A stretch of 64,000 nucleotides of DNA from Escherichia coli (GTDB lineage: Bacteria; Pseudomonadota; Gammaproteobacteria; Enterobacterales; Enterobacteriaceae): assembly GCF_003334785.1 (NCBI RefSeq), contig NZ_QOWV01000001.1; one strand, written 5' to 3'. Under the pieces are notes generated by a model that worked only from the letters and a program-made list of their open reading frames with translations, was not told the origin of the DNA and made no database searches. Each line of letters begins with the position of its first letter. Within the stretch, counting starts at the first letter, position 1. The translations under genes were made by a program, and so were the position numbers. Positions 1 through 12,271 of the stretch are shown here, piece after piece.

Positions 1-94
1 CTGGAGGAGGGGCGATTTTAAATGAGAGGAATCTGGTGTGCCTCCCTTTCGGGTGAAAGGGAGGAAGGGATATTAAGCAGGTTGCTGACAACGT

Positions 95-210
95 GCGGGC
101 TTTTTTGCCGGATGCGGCGTGAACGCCTTATCCGTCCTACAAGTTCATGCAATTTTAATAAGTTGCCAGATATCCTGTAGGCCTGATAAGCGTAGCGCAT
201 CAGGCAATGT
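95..210. repeat. REP/BIME-like cluster of repetitive extragenic palindromes downstream of glnQ
   Basis: Imperfect palindromic units of the GCCGGATGCGGCG...CGCCTTATCCG and GTAGGCCTGATAAGCG..CGCATCAGGC type, typical of E. coli REP elements. Confidence 0.55.
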
Positions 211-216
211 GTCTTA

Positions 217-939
217 TTAAGAGACGTGCTGCAAAAATTCCTGCAAGCGCTGGCTCGGCGGGTTCTTGATCAACACCTGCGGATTGCCATCTTCCGCAAT
301 CCGGCCTTTGTCGATAAAGATCAGCCGCGAAGCTACTTTCTCGGCAAAACCGATTTCGTGGGTCACGATCACCATCGTCATCCCTTCTTCAGCCAGATCC
401 TGCATAACCTTCAGCACTTCATGGCGCAGTTCCGGGTCAAGAGCGGAAGTCGGTTCATCAAACAGCATCATTTTCGGCTTCACCGCCAGCGCGCGGGCAA
501 TCGCCACACGCTGCTGTTGACCACCAGAAAGTTCGGAAGGGTAGTGATGTGCACGTTCTGCCAGACCGACTTTCGCCAGCAGCTCACGTGCCAGTTTTTC
601 CGCCTCTTCTTTGTTCGCGCCACGCACGCGTAGCGGGCCAAACATGACGTTTTCCAGCGCTGTCAGATGCGGGAAGAGGTAAAACTGCTGGAACACCATA
701 CCTGCTTCCTGGCGAATCAGGCGCTCGTCAACTTTCGGATCGTTAACCTTCAGGCCATCGACAATCAGATCGCCGGAGGTGATTTCTTCCAGTTTGTTGA
801 TGCAGCGCAGCAGGGTCGATTTACCGGAACCGGACGGCCCGATAATCACCACGACTTCGCCCTGGGCAATGTTCAAATCGATATTGTGCAGCACCTGGGT
901 TGGGCCAAAGTGCTTGGAGACGTTTTTAAATTCAATCAC
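217..939 (-). CDS. glnQ: Glutamine ABC transporter ATP-binding protein
   Basis: 240-aa ORF with Walker [13 protein letters not shown] signature LSGGQQQR and Walker [12 protein letters not shown]; stop overlaps glnP. Confidence 0.95.
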
Positions 940-1595
940 AGGATTTTCATCCTTCTTTCCAGACGACGCAGAATAAAGCTCAGCACCAGGGTAATAATCA
1001 GATAGAACACCGCCACGGCGCTCCAGATCTCAAGGGCGCGGAAGTTACCGGCAATAATTTCTTGCCCCTGACGGGTCAGTTCCGCCACGCCGATCACAAT
1101 AAACAGCGAGGTGTCTTTAATGCTGATGATCCACTGGTTACCCAGCGGCGGCAGCATACGACGCAGTGCCAGCGGTAAAATGACGTAGCGAATGGTTTCC
1201 CAACGTGAAAGACCGAGCGCCAGTCCTGCTTCACGAAAACCTTTGTGGATAGACAGCACCGCACCACGCGTGATTTCCGCAATATACGCGCCGGAGTTGA
1301 TCATGATGGTGACCACCGCCGCAGTAAATGGGTCGATGCGTAAGTCGTTAAACGCCATCGGCAGGGCGAAATAAATAAACATCACCTGGACGACGATAGG
1401 TGTGCCGCGGATCACTTCAATAAAGACCAGCGCGACGTGGTTGGCTATCCAACCTCCGAAGGTGCGTGCAAAACCTGCCAGCAATCCGATTACCAGACCG
1501 CCTGCCAGACCGAGGACCGAAATCCACAGGGTCATTTTGGCACCTTCAATCAGAAGCGGAATGGCAGGCCAGATGGCACTCCAGTCAAACTGCAT
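936..1595 (-). CDS. glnP: Glutamine ABC transporter permease
   Basis: 219-aa hydrophobic ORF, polar amino-acid permease family, overlapping glnQ by 4 nt. Confidence 0.95.
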
Positions 1596-1647
1596 ATGTT
1601 GTTCCTGTTACCGTGGTGTAAATAATCAAATTCAGGGTAATTAATGG

Positions 1648-1710
1648 CCCCGGAGCGGGTTTGCGCCCCTCACCCTAATCCTCTCCCCATAGGGGAGAGG
1701 GAACTGCCAG
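1648..1710. repeat. GC-rich palindromic intergenic repeat (boxC-like) between glnP and glnH
   Basis: CCCCTCACCCTAATCCTCTCCCCATAGGGGAGAGGG contains the inverted repeat CTCTCCCC/GGGGAGAG. Confidence 0.4.
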
Positions 1711-1733
1711 TGCGTTTTACAGGTGTAGCGTTA

Positions 1734-2495
<762 letters not shown>

Positions 2496-2529
2496 CTATC
2501 CACGGGACGATCCCCTGCGTGACATTCAC

Positions 2530-2552
2530 ATATATGAAAAAATCGTGCCAGT
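2530..2552 (-). promoter_or_regulatory. Candidate sigma-54 promoter for glnHPQ (glnHp2-like)
   Basis: Minus strand reads TGGCAC-N5-TTTCA about 50-70 bp upstream of the glnH start; the -12 element is imperfect. Confidence 0.4.
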
Positions 2553-2619
2553 TTTGCAACTCCTTGATTTTTCGAGATGCGGCAAAAACGTGATGCACGA
2601 TTTATAGGGCAATACCCTG

Positions 2620-2655
2620 AAGATGCACCATTCTGGGGCACCAATCTGGTGCGCT
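2620..2655. promoter_or_regulatory. Two overlapping NtrC-type enhancer sites upstream of the glnH promoter
   Basis: TGCACCATTCTGGGGCA and GCACCAATCTGGTGC match the TGCACCA-N3-TGGTGCA NtrC consensus. Confidence 0.45.
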
Positions 2656-2883
2656 AAAATTGTGCACTCAACACAGTGATTATTTAGCGTAAAACCTGAT
2701 GAAAAAACAATCTTTATGTAACGATTGTGTGATGATGTGGATACAAAAAATTTACTTAATCAGCTGGAGATAGCAGATGGATGCACTAAATAAGTGCGTT
2801 GAGGTGGGCTGCAAAACAAAACGGCCTCCTGTCAGGAAGCCGCTTTTATCGGGTACTAAAGTTCTGCACCATCAGCGATGGAT

Positions 2884-3531
<648 letters not shown>

Positions 3532-3685
3532 TTAGATATATTGATAAGAACAATTCTTATTTATCTGCTCGCCAGGAATTTTCGGAATAAATATGCTTTT
3601 GCATAATTCGATATATAAAGACGGTGTAGAGGAAAAGTAGCGAGAAATTCTGCATGGTTATGCATAACCATGCAGAAATGTAAAT

Positions 3686-4573
3686 TTAATTAATGTCTAA
3701 TTCTTTTATTTTGCTCTCTTTGCGTACTGTCAGCGTAGACCCCATTGAAGCGGCGATGATAGCGCCGAGCGCCAGTAGCTGTATGGGTGTCAGTGTTTCT
3801 CCGAGGAAAATCATCCCGGAAACGGCAGCCAGCGCCGGTTCCATGCTCATCAGCGTACCAAATGTCCGTGTTGGCAAACGGGTGAGGGCAATCATTTCCA
3901 GCGAATAAGGCAGAGCGGTCGAGAGAATAGCGACAGCCAGACCCAATGGAATAACCGACCAGTGCCAGAGTGCTTCACCAGCCTGAAGCGCTCCAATTGG
4001 CACGAAAATTAACGCTGCAATCAACGAACCAATTGCCACCGTCGCAGGGCCATGTTCCGCTCCTGCGCGTTGCCCACTTAAAATGTAAATAGCCCAACAA
4101 GCCCCGGCCCCCAGTGCCAGCGCACAGCCGGTTAAATCGACATGGGAAACGTCTTGCCCCAGCGGTAGCAGGAACCACAGACCAAGAACCGCCAGCACAA
4201 CCCAGACGAAATCTACCGGGCGACGAGAAGAGAACAGCGCCACCGCCAGTGGTCCGGTGAACTCCAGCGCCACCGCAATACCCAGCGGTACTGTCTGAAT
4301 AGAAAGATAAAAAAGATAATTCATCCCACCCAGCGAAACGCCGTAAAACAACAGCGGTAACCGTTGCTCTTTGGCAAAGCGCAGTCGCCATGGCTTAAAG
4401 AACGCGATGAGGATCAGCGTTCCTAATGCCAGACGCAGCGCAGTGACACCCGGTGCGCCCACCAGAGGAAAAAGTGACTTAGCTAACGAGGCTCCACCCT
4501 GAATAGACGCCATGGCAACGAGCAATATGACTATTGGTAACCAGACCGGCATTTTACGTAATGAACCAGGCAT
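3686..4573 (-). CDS. rhtA: Threonine/homoserine exporter, DMT/EamA family
   Basis: Polytopic membrane ORF; start chosen at MPGSLRKMPVWLPIV (295 aa) inside the 299-aa track ORF. Confidence 0.9.
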   Translation of the reverse strand: MPGSLRKMPVWLPIVILLVAMASIQGGASLAKSLFPLVGAPGVTALRLALGTLILIAFFKPWRLRFAKEQRLPLLFYGVSLGGMNYLFYLSIQTVPLGIAVALEFTGPLAVALFSSRRPVDFVWVVLAVLGLWFLLPLGQDVSHVDLTGCALALGAGACWAIYILSGQRAGAEHGPATVAIGSLIAALIFVPIGALQAGEALWHWSVIPLGLAVAILSTALPYSLEMIALTRLPTRTFGTLMSMEPALAAVSGMIFLGETLTPIQLLALGAIIAASMGSTLTVRKESKIKELDIN

Positions 4574-4925
4574 CCTTTCTCCCACAAATATCTAGACTTA
4601 AGTAAAGCGTGGAGTGTACTGGATATACCCAATGCTGGTTGAGCATTTGTTGAAAAAATTTTCCCCCGTTTTGACTAAAATGCGCCAGGATTGATGGAAT
4701 CATTAGTCTGGTGATTAGGAATAATCTGGATGAATGACAGGGAAAACATGCGTAATACTTACGCAGTTCTCTGAAAAAGTGATTTAAATTTAGATGGATA
4801 GCGGTGTATGGAAACGTTCTGTTACATGAAATGGCCCGTTAGACATCACAAATCGCGAAGAGTTTCCCATTAATTTTTGATATATTTAAAACTTAGGACT
4901 TATTTGAATCACATTTGAGGTGGTT

Positions 4926-5441
4926 ATGAAAAAAATTGCATGTCTTTCAGCACTGGCCGCAGTTCTGGCTTTCACCGCAGGTACTTCCGTAGCTGCGACT
5001 TCTACTGTAACTGGCGGTTACGCACAGAGCGACGCTCAGGGCCAAATGAACAAAATGGGCGGTTTCAACCTGAAATACCGCTATGAAGAAGACAACAGCC
5101 CGCTGGGTGTGATCGGTTCTTTCACTTACACCGAGAAAAGCCGTACTGCAAGCTCTGGTGACTACAACAAAAACCAGTACTACGGCATCACTGCTGGTCC
5201 GGCTTACCGCATTAACGACTGGGCAAGCATCTACGGTGTAGTGGGTGTGGGTTATGGTAAATTCCAGACCACTGAATACCCGACCTACAAACACGACACC
5301 AGCGACTACGGTTTCTCCTACGGTGCGGGTCTGCAGTTCAACCCGATGGAAAACGTTGCTCTGGACTTCTCTTACGAGCAGAGCCGTATTCGTAGCGTTG
5401 ACGTAGGCACCTGGATTGCCGGTGTTGGTTACCGCTTCTAA
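4926..5441 (+). CDS. ompX: Outer membrane protein X (8-strand beta-barrel)
   Basis: 171-aa product with signal peptide MKKIACLSALAAVLAFTAGTSVA and C-terminal aromatic residue (ends YRF). Confidence 0.95.
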   Translation: MKKIACLSALAAVLAFTAGTSVAATSTVTGGYAQSDAQGQMNKMGGFNLKYRYEEDNSPLGVIGSFTYTEKSRTASSGDYNKNQYYGITAGPAYRINDWASIYGVVGVGYGKFQTTEYPTYKHDTSDYGFSYGAGLQFNPMENVALDFSYEQSRIRSVDVGTWIAGVGYRF

Positions 5442-5454
5442 TCACTTTGGTGAT

Positions 5455-5492
5455 ATAAAAAATCCGCCTCTCGGGGCGGATTTTTGTTTTTA
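5455..5492. terminator. Bidirectional rho-independent terminator between ompX and opgE
   Basis: Hairpin ATCCGCC-TCTCGG-GGCGGAT flanked by an A-run upstream and a T-run downstream. Confidence 0.7.
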
Positions 5493-7073
5493 AGGTTTCG
5501 GGTCGAAAATATCGGTTCCGAGATGGTTGTAATCCACCTTCTGTAACTGGAAGTTGGTGATGTATATCGGCCCGGCTTTCTTCTCAGATATAAACGGGTA
5601 TTTGATGTTAATTTCCTTCGCTTTAATCCCCGTCCACTGGGAGAAAAAGCCTAAGAAGTCATTGGCTGAGCGGCGGGCTTTAATCACACGATGCGCTTTA
5701 TCGTCGCTGGAAATGACCATAAAAGGCACCTGGAAATTTTGCTGATATTTATCATCATGGGCAAGGTATTGCACGTCTTTACCGCGCTCTTTAAAGGCCA
5801 GACCGTGGTCAGAAAAGTAAACCAGCGAGAAGCTGCTGCCGCTGTTGCGTAACTGATCGTACAGCTTGCGCAGTAAATCGTCCGTTTGCGTCATGGTATA
5901 GAGATAGCACGACGTTTCTTTCGATTGCACAAAGGTTTCGTATTTTCCTTGTGTCCTGTCGCAGGCCTGCGGATGTGAGCCCATCAGATGTAGAACAATC
6001 AGCTGCGGTTGCGAGTGCTCTTGCGCCAGCACTTGAGCGGTCATATCCAGTAACGCTTCGTCTTTGGTGTTTTTATCTGCTTCAAAATTACCTTCTTTCA
6101 GGAAGTACACTTCATCTGCTCGTTTGGCGATGCTGGCGATAGCGGTATCGTATTCGCCGATTTGACCCTGGTTGGAAAACCACCAGGTCTGGAAGCCCGC
6201 GCGATTTGCCAGGGTGACAAAGTTATCCTGAAACTGTGGTTTGCCATCGACAACGCGATTGAGCGTTAAGCCAAGCGATTTCTGCGTGGAGCCACTGGCG
6301 GCAATGTAGTCAGCAAATATCAAACCGTTAACGCTGCTGGCAAACGGGGTATTGTCCCAGTGACCGCCAAAGGCACCGAGGGCATCGCGACGCGCGCTTT
6401 CACCGATCACCACCACATAGGTCTGATACTTCGGCTTAACGGCAGTGACCGTCCAGGTATCTTTCATTCCGGAAAGTTTTGCCATCCGTTCTTGCTCTTC
6501 AATCACCTCGTTATTATTGACGATGACATCCTTAGCAAAACGAAATACCGGATAGCCAGTATCTTTCAGTTTAAATACGCCACCCCAGGCCAGGTTTTGC
6601 ACGGGAGCAACAAAAAATGTCGCCACACTGAATACCAGACACAGGCTGTCGAAGGTATTCCAGCGCGCTTTTTCATTCTCTTTTTTTCGCCTGATTGCTA
6701 TTACGCCGAGCGCAAAAATAAATAAGCCGACCAGGTAGCTGTACCACGGAAAAATCGTCAGGATTTCGGTCGACTCTTCCATATTGGTGGAGTGCAATGC
6801 CAGCAATGTATTGAAATTAGGCGCGCCGTAGGCCTGAGCAAAAGGGAAATAACAAGCCGCCACCAGCGAACTGACACCGACCAGAACTTTTTGTACGCGA
6901 GGCAATGTTCGCCATAGCAAAAGCAAAATAGCCGTAAACGCAGCGGTGTAGAGCAAACTGAAGGGGTAACCTAAGCCGAGGTTAATTAATAGCGACTGTA
7001 AAAAGTAGAACGCAGTCCACGGGCTAAATACCCGGCTACGGGTAACAAGCGATTCTTTGAGGGTTAAATTCAT
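5490..7073 (-). CDS. opgE: Phosphoethanolamine transferase for osmoregulated periplasmic glucans
   Basis: 527-aa ORF with N-terminal transmembrane segments and a C-terminal sulfatase-like domain; position matches ybiP/opgE. Confidence 0.88.
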   Translation of the reverse strand: MNLTLKESLVTRSRVFSPWTAFYFLQSLLINLGLGYPFSLLYTAAFTAILLLLWRTLPRVQKVLVGVSSLVAACYFPFAQAYGAPNFNTLLALHSTNMEESTEILTIFPWYSYLVGLFIFALGVIAIRRKKENEKARWNTFDSLCLVFSVATFFVAPVQNLAWGGVFKLKDTGYPVFRFAKDVIVNNNEVIEEQERMAKLSGMKDTWTVTAVKPKYQTYVVVIGESARRDALGAFGGHWDNTPFASSVNGLIFADYIAASGSTQKSLGLTLNRVVDGKPQFQDNFVTLANRAGFQTWWFSNQGQIGEYDTAIASIAKRADEVYFLKEGNFEADKNTKDEALLDMTAQVLAQEHSQPQLIVLHLMGSHPQACDRTQGKYETFVQSKETSCYLYTMTQTDDLLRKLYDQLRNSGSSFSLVYFSDHGLAFKERGKDVQYLAHDDKYQQNFQVPFMVISSDDKAHRVIKARRSANDFLGFFSQWTGIKAKEINIKYPFISEKKAGPIYITNFQLQKVDYNHLGTDIFDPKP

Positions 7074-7344
7074 ATGCCACTATCGTAACAAACGCCATGT
7101 GCTTACCCTGGCGTCAAGGGTCAATACCTGCAAGAGTGCGTGAAGAGTGGAAAGGGGTCCGCATCCGCGAGCCGCAATATACGCAGGGCTGCAAGAAGAT
7201 AGAGCGAGCCGCCGTTCAGGTCAACTACTGACGAACAAATCTTTTGCGAAGGGGATTGCAAATCCGACAAAAAGTGGGGTTTTTCAGACCAAAACGCGTT
7301 ATGCCTGCATGAAAGCAGGAGTGAAGCGGCGTACCGCGACGCCG

Positions 7345-7473
7345 CTATTTATCGGAAGGTTTATCTTGCTGCGGTTTGTTGTTGACCATATCGCACAACA
7401 TAGAGAGCAGCATTAACCGTACTTTAAAGGGAGAATGACTAAACACGCGCATACACCTCTTGAACTCATTCAT
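7345..7473 (-). CDS. mntS: Small manganese-responsive protein MntS (42 aa), within the rybA transcript region
   Basis: Minus strand translates to MNEFKRCMRVFSHSPFKVRLMLLSMLCDMVNNKPQQDKPSDK; below the ORF-track length cut-off. Confidence 0.7.
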   Translation of the reverse strand: MNEFKRCMRVFSHSPFKVRLMLLSMLCDMVNNKPQQDKPSDK

Positions 7474-7529
7474 AAGACCTCCTGACTTGCTAATCCCGTC
7501 GATCCTTGAGGGATGATTGCATTACATAC

Positions 7530-7565
7530 AGATATAGCACAGGCTATATTATATAGCTATTGCTA
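7530..7565. promoter_or_regulatory. Candidate MntR operator(s) in the mntS promoter region
   Basis: Inverted repeat ATAGCACAGGCTAT followed by ATATAGCTAT, about 60-90 bp upstream of the mntS start. Confidence 0.4.
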
Positions 7566-7658
7566 AAACGTTAATTTTTTGTACCTTCGCAACTCTGGTT
7601 TACAATGTGCGCACGAAATGAGAACGCTATGTATGCGTCACCATAATGAGGAAGCACA

Positions 7659-8126
7659 ATGAGTCGTCGCGCAGGTACGCCAACAGCAAAAAAAGTGACG
7701 CAGTTAGTGAACGTGGAAGAGCACGTTGAAGGGTTCCGCCAGGTCAGAGAGGCGCATCGGCGCGAGCTTATTGATGATTACGTTGAGCTGATTTCTGACT
7801 TGATCAGGGAAGTGGGGGAAGCTCGTCAGGTGGACATGGCTGCTCGTCTGGGAGTTTCGCAACCGACGGTGGCTAAAATGCTTAAGCGGCTGGCAACCAT
7901 GGGGCTGATTGAAATGATCCCCTGGCGTGGCGTGTTTTTAACGGCAGAAGGAGAGAAGCTGGCGCAGGAAAGCCGCGAGCGACATCAGATAGTCGAAAAT
8001 TTCTTGTTGGTGTTGGGCGTCAGTCCGGAAATCGCCCGTCGCGACGCGGAAGGCATGGAGCACCATGTTAGTGAAGAGACGCTCGACGCTTTTCGTTTGT
8101 TTACCCAGAAACACGGTGCCAAATGA
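7659..8126 (+). CDS. mntR: Mn(II)-responsive transcriptional regulator, DtxR family
   Basis: 155-aa ORF with N-terminal HTH and metal-binding/dimerisation region; stop overlaps ybiR start. Confidence 0.92.
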
Positions 8127-9241
8127 GCCTGCCTTTTTTACGCACGCTGCAAGGCGATCGTTTTTTTCAGTTATTAATTCTTGTTGGTATCGGATTAAGC
8201 TTTTTCGTGCCCTTTGCACCGAAATCCTGGCCTGCTGCTATCGACTGGCACACCATCATCACCTTAAGCGGCCTGATGCTGCTGACCAAAGGTGTGGAGT
8301 TAAGCGGTTATTTTGATGTGCTGGGGCGCAAAATGGTGCGCCGCTTTGCTACGGAGCGTCGGCTGGCGATGTTTATGGTGCTGGCGGCGGCGCTGCTTTC
8401 TACCTTTCTGACCAACGATGTCGCGCTGTTTATTGTTGTTCCGCTGACTATCACGCTAAAAAGACTGTGTGAGATCCCGGTTAATCGGCTGATTATTTTT
8501 GAGGCGCTGGCAGTCAACGCTGGTTCGCTACTGACGCCAATTGGCAACCCGCAAAATATTCTTATCTGGGGACGTTCTGGTCTTTCGTTTGCCGGATTTA
8601 TTGCCCAAATGGCACCGCTGGCTGGCGCAATGATGCTGACGCTCCTGCTCCTGTGCTGGTGTTGTTTCCCTGGAAAGGCGATGCAATACCATACGGGGGT
8701 GCAAACACCGGAGTGGAAACCGCGGCTGGTGTGGAGTTGTCTGGGGCTGTATATCGTCTTTCTGACGGCGCTGGAGTTCAAACAAGAGCTGTGGGGACTG
8801 GTGATTGTGGCGGCAGGCTTTGCGCTGCTGGCACGTCGCGTGGTGCTCAGTGTGGACTGGACGCTGCTGCTGGTGTTTATGGCGATGTTTATCGACGTCC
8901 ATTTACTGACCCAGCTTCCAGCGTTGCAAGGCGTGTTGGGTAACGTGAGTCATCTATCTGAACCCGGGTTATGGTTAACGGCAATCGGTTTATCGCAGGT
9001 GATCAGTAACGTGCCGAGTACCATATTGTTGCTGAACTATGTGCCGCCGTCTTTATTACTGGTATGGGCGGTAAACGTAGGTGGCTTTGGGTTATTACCC
9101 GGATCGCTGGCAAATTTGATTGCGCTACGTATGGCGAACGATCGCCGCATCTGGTGGCGTTTCCATCTCTATTCAATACCGATGCTGTTGTGGGCGGCGT
9201 TGGTGGGATATGTTTTGTTAGTTATACTCCCGGCCAACTAG
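8123..9241 (+). CDS. ybiR: Putative anion transporter, ArsB/NhaD permease superfamily
   Basis: 372-aa polytopic membrane ORF in an operon with mntR. Confidence 0.88.
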
Positions 9242-9251
9242 GGTCTGGCAA

Positions 9252-9284
9252 ATAAAAAAGGCGGATTATGAGTCCGCCTTTTGC
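9252..9284. terminator. Bidirectional terminator between ybiR and ldtB
   Basis: Hairpin AGGCGGA-TTATGAG-TCCGCCT with A-run before and T-run after. Confidence 0.7.
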
Positions 9285-9299
9285 TTTAAGTTTTGAAGA

Positions 9300-10220
9300 T
9301 TAATTCAGACGAACCGGCATCCCGGAGCGGTTTTTAATCGCTTCATCAAGAACAACCTGGTCAACATCTGGCTGACCGGTCACTGTCTGCACGCTCTTCG
9401 TCAGGGTAATTGGCACAATTTCCTGACCTTCAAACTGGGCTTCGGTGGTAGACAGCGGGTTATGGACTTCAATATAACGGCTGCCGTCTGGCTCGGTGGT
9501 CGCTTTTACCGGCTCATCAATAAACTGTACGCGGGTACCGACCGGTACTTTCTCGAACAGGAATTTGATGTCTTCGTTACGCAGACGCACACAACCATGA
9601 CTTACACGCAGGCCGATACCGAAGTTGGCGTTGGTGCCATGGATAGCATACAGGCGACCGATATAGAGTGCATACAGCCCCATCGGGTTATCCGGACCTG
9701 CCGGAACGACAGCCGGAAGCGGTTCGCCCGCAGCGCGGTACTCTGCGTGCATTTTGGCGGTCGGCGTCCAGGTCGGGCCTGCTTTTTTACGCTCAACTTT
9801 GGTGGTCCAGTTGATAGGCGTATCTTTGCCTAACTGACCAATGCCGATCGGCAGCACGATAACGGTGTTGGTCCCTTTCGGATAGTAATAAAGACGCATC
9901 TCAGCACTGTTAATGACGATGCCTTCATGAACGGTATCCGGCAGGATCAGCTGCTGCGGAATGTTCAGTACAGTACCGCCTTTCGGCAGGAAGGTATCCA
10001 CACCCGGGTTCGCTTCCATCATATTGGAAAGCCCCATCTGGTACTCGGCGGCAAAATACTCCAGCGGCTGAGTGTTACCTTCAGGAATGGTGATCACCTG
10101 ATTCTGACCAACCAGGCGACTCCCGTCGGTTGGCAGAGGATAAGTTACCGCAGAGGCGGTACTGCAAAAGCCGACAACAGCGAAGGCCGCTGCGAATAAT
10201 GTTTTCAATTTCATATTCAT
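9300..10220 (-). CDS. ldtB: L,D-transpeptidase (YkuD domain) attaching Lpp to peptidoglycan
   Basis: 306-aa ORF with signal peptide and catalytic motif [20 protein letters not shown]. Confidence 0.9.
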
Positions 10221-10438
10221 GTTAAGCGAGATTTTGTGCCTGGCAGGCCATTGGGTTGAGAATATTAGAGTATTGGAAGCGCATTATAAGTTCATTCCAG
10301 CTCACAGTGAAATCAGATGTGTACGAAATCACATTTTTTGCCTTTGGCTTGAGTGTAGACCTTAAGCGAGGAGCAGGATCTTCTTTCAGACTTATGGCAT
10401 AATGCGCGGTTTGTCATATCTCTTTTCAGGATACGCCT

Positions 10439-12031
10439 GTGTTAGTTTCCAGTAACGTCACCATGCAGTTCGGCAGTAAGCCGTTGTTTGAAAACATTTC
10501 CGTCAAATTTGGCGGCGGCAACCGTTACGGCCTGATTGGCGCGAACGGTAGTGGTAAATCCACCTTTATGAAGATCCTCGGCGGCGACCTTGAGCCGACG
10601 CTGGGTAACGTTTCCCTCGATCCCAACGAGCGCATTGGTAAACTGCGTCAGGATCAGTTTGCCTTTGAAGAGTTCACTGTGCTGGATACGGTGATCATGG
10701 GGCATAAAGAGTTGTGGGAAGTGAAGCAGGAGCGCGACCGCATCTATGCTTTGCCGGAAATGAGTGAAGAAGACGGCTATAAAGTGGCCGATCTGGAAGT
10801 TAAATACGGCGAAATGGACGGTTACTCTGCGGAAGCTCGCGCCGGTGAACTGTTGCTTGGCGTGGGAATTCCAGTGGAACAGCACTACGGCCCGATGAGT
10901 GAAGTTGCTCCTGGCTGGAAGCTGCGTGTGCTTCTGGCGCAGGCGCTGTTTGCTGATCCGGATATTCTCCTGCTCGACGAACCGACCAACAACCTCGACA
11001 TCGACACCATTCGCTGGCTGGAACAGGTGCTGAACGAGCGTGACAGCACCATGATCATCATCTCGCACGACCGTCACTTCCTTAACATGGTCTGTACCCA
11101 CATGGCGGATCTGGATTACGGCGAGCTGCGCGTTTATCCGGGTAACTACGATGAGTACATGACGGCGGCGACCCAGGCGCGTGAACGTCTGCTGGCCGAT
11201 AACGCCAAGAAGAAAGCGCAGATTGCTGAGTTGCAATCTTTCGTTAGCCGCTTTAGCGCCAACGCCTCGAAATCTCGCCAGGCAACTTCGCGCGCGCGCC
11301 AGATTGATAAAATCAAACTGGAAGAGGTGAAAGCCTCCAGCCGTCAGAACCCGTTCATCCGTTTTGAACAGGATAAGAAACTGTTCCGTAACGCGCTGGA
11401 AGTGGAAGGTCTGACCAAAGGGTTTGATAACGGTCCGCTGTTTAAAAATCTCAACCTGCTGCTGGAAGTGGGTGAAAAACTGGCGGTACTGGGTACCAAC
11501 GGCGTCGGTAAATCAACGCTGCTGAAAACGCTGGTGGGCGATCTGCAACCGGACAGCGGCACCGTAAAATGGTCTGAGAACGCGCGCATTGGTTACTATG
11601 CTCAGGACCACGAATATGAGTTTGAAAATGATCTGACCGTGTTCGAATGGATGAGCCAGTGGAAGCAGGAAGGCGATGACGAGCAGGCGGTACGCAGTAT
11701 TCTCGGTCGTTTGCTGTTCAGCCAGGACGACATCAAAAAGCCAGCTAAAGTGCTTTCCGGTGGGGAAAAAGGGCGGATGCTGTTTGGTAAGTTAATGATG
11801 CAGAAGCCGAACATTCTGATCATGGACGAACCGACCAACCACCTGGATATGGAATCCATTGAGTCGCTGAACATGGCACTGGAACTGTATCAGGGCACGC
11901 TGATCTTTGTTTCACACGACCGTGAGTTCGTAAGCTCCCTGGCGACCCGCATTCTGGAAATCACCCCGGAACGCGTGATCGACTTTAGCGGTAATTACGA
12001 AGATTACCTGCGTAGTAAAGGGATCGAGTAA
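10439..12031 (+). CDS. ybiT: ABC-F family ATPase with two ABC domains and no transmembrane domain
   Basis: 530-aa ORF with two Walker A motifs ([18 protein letters not shown]) and two LSGG signatures; apparent GTG start. Confidence 0.9.
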
Positions 12032-12084
12032 GTGATTATCCGTCACCCCGATACTGTCGGGGTGACGGCGGCTGATGACAAATG

Positions 12085-12200
12085 CAAAATAGCCTGATGC
12101 GCTACGCTTATCAGGCCTACGCAGTACCTGCAATATATTGAATCTGCAGGACTTTGTAGGCCGGATAAGGCGTTAACGCCGCATCAGGCATTAACAAAGC
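12085..12200. repeat. REP/BIME element(s) between ybiT and ybiU
   Basis: GCCTGATGCGCTACGCTTATCAGGCCTAC and GTAGGCCGGATAAGGCGTTAACGCCGCATCAGGC palindromic units; preceded by a perfect stem-loop at 12042-12066. Confidence 0.6.
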
Positions 12201-12271
12201 GCATTTGTCAGCAATCTGAGTAACGTCGAATCGATTTTCTTAATCCCACATCAATTCACTTCCATTAATTC

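Noticed and set aside
226-633. 135-aa ORF antisense to glnQ (similar antisense ORFs inside ybiT at 10442-11236, ybiW, ldtB and others)
   Set aside because: Fully embedded in well-supported conserved genes on the opposite strand; no independent evidence
3975-4391. 138-aa ORF inside rhtA on the same strand but another frame
   Set aside because: Gly/Arg/Ala-rich alternative frame of a GC-rich membrane gene; rhtA frame is the conserved one
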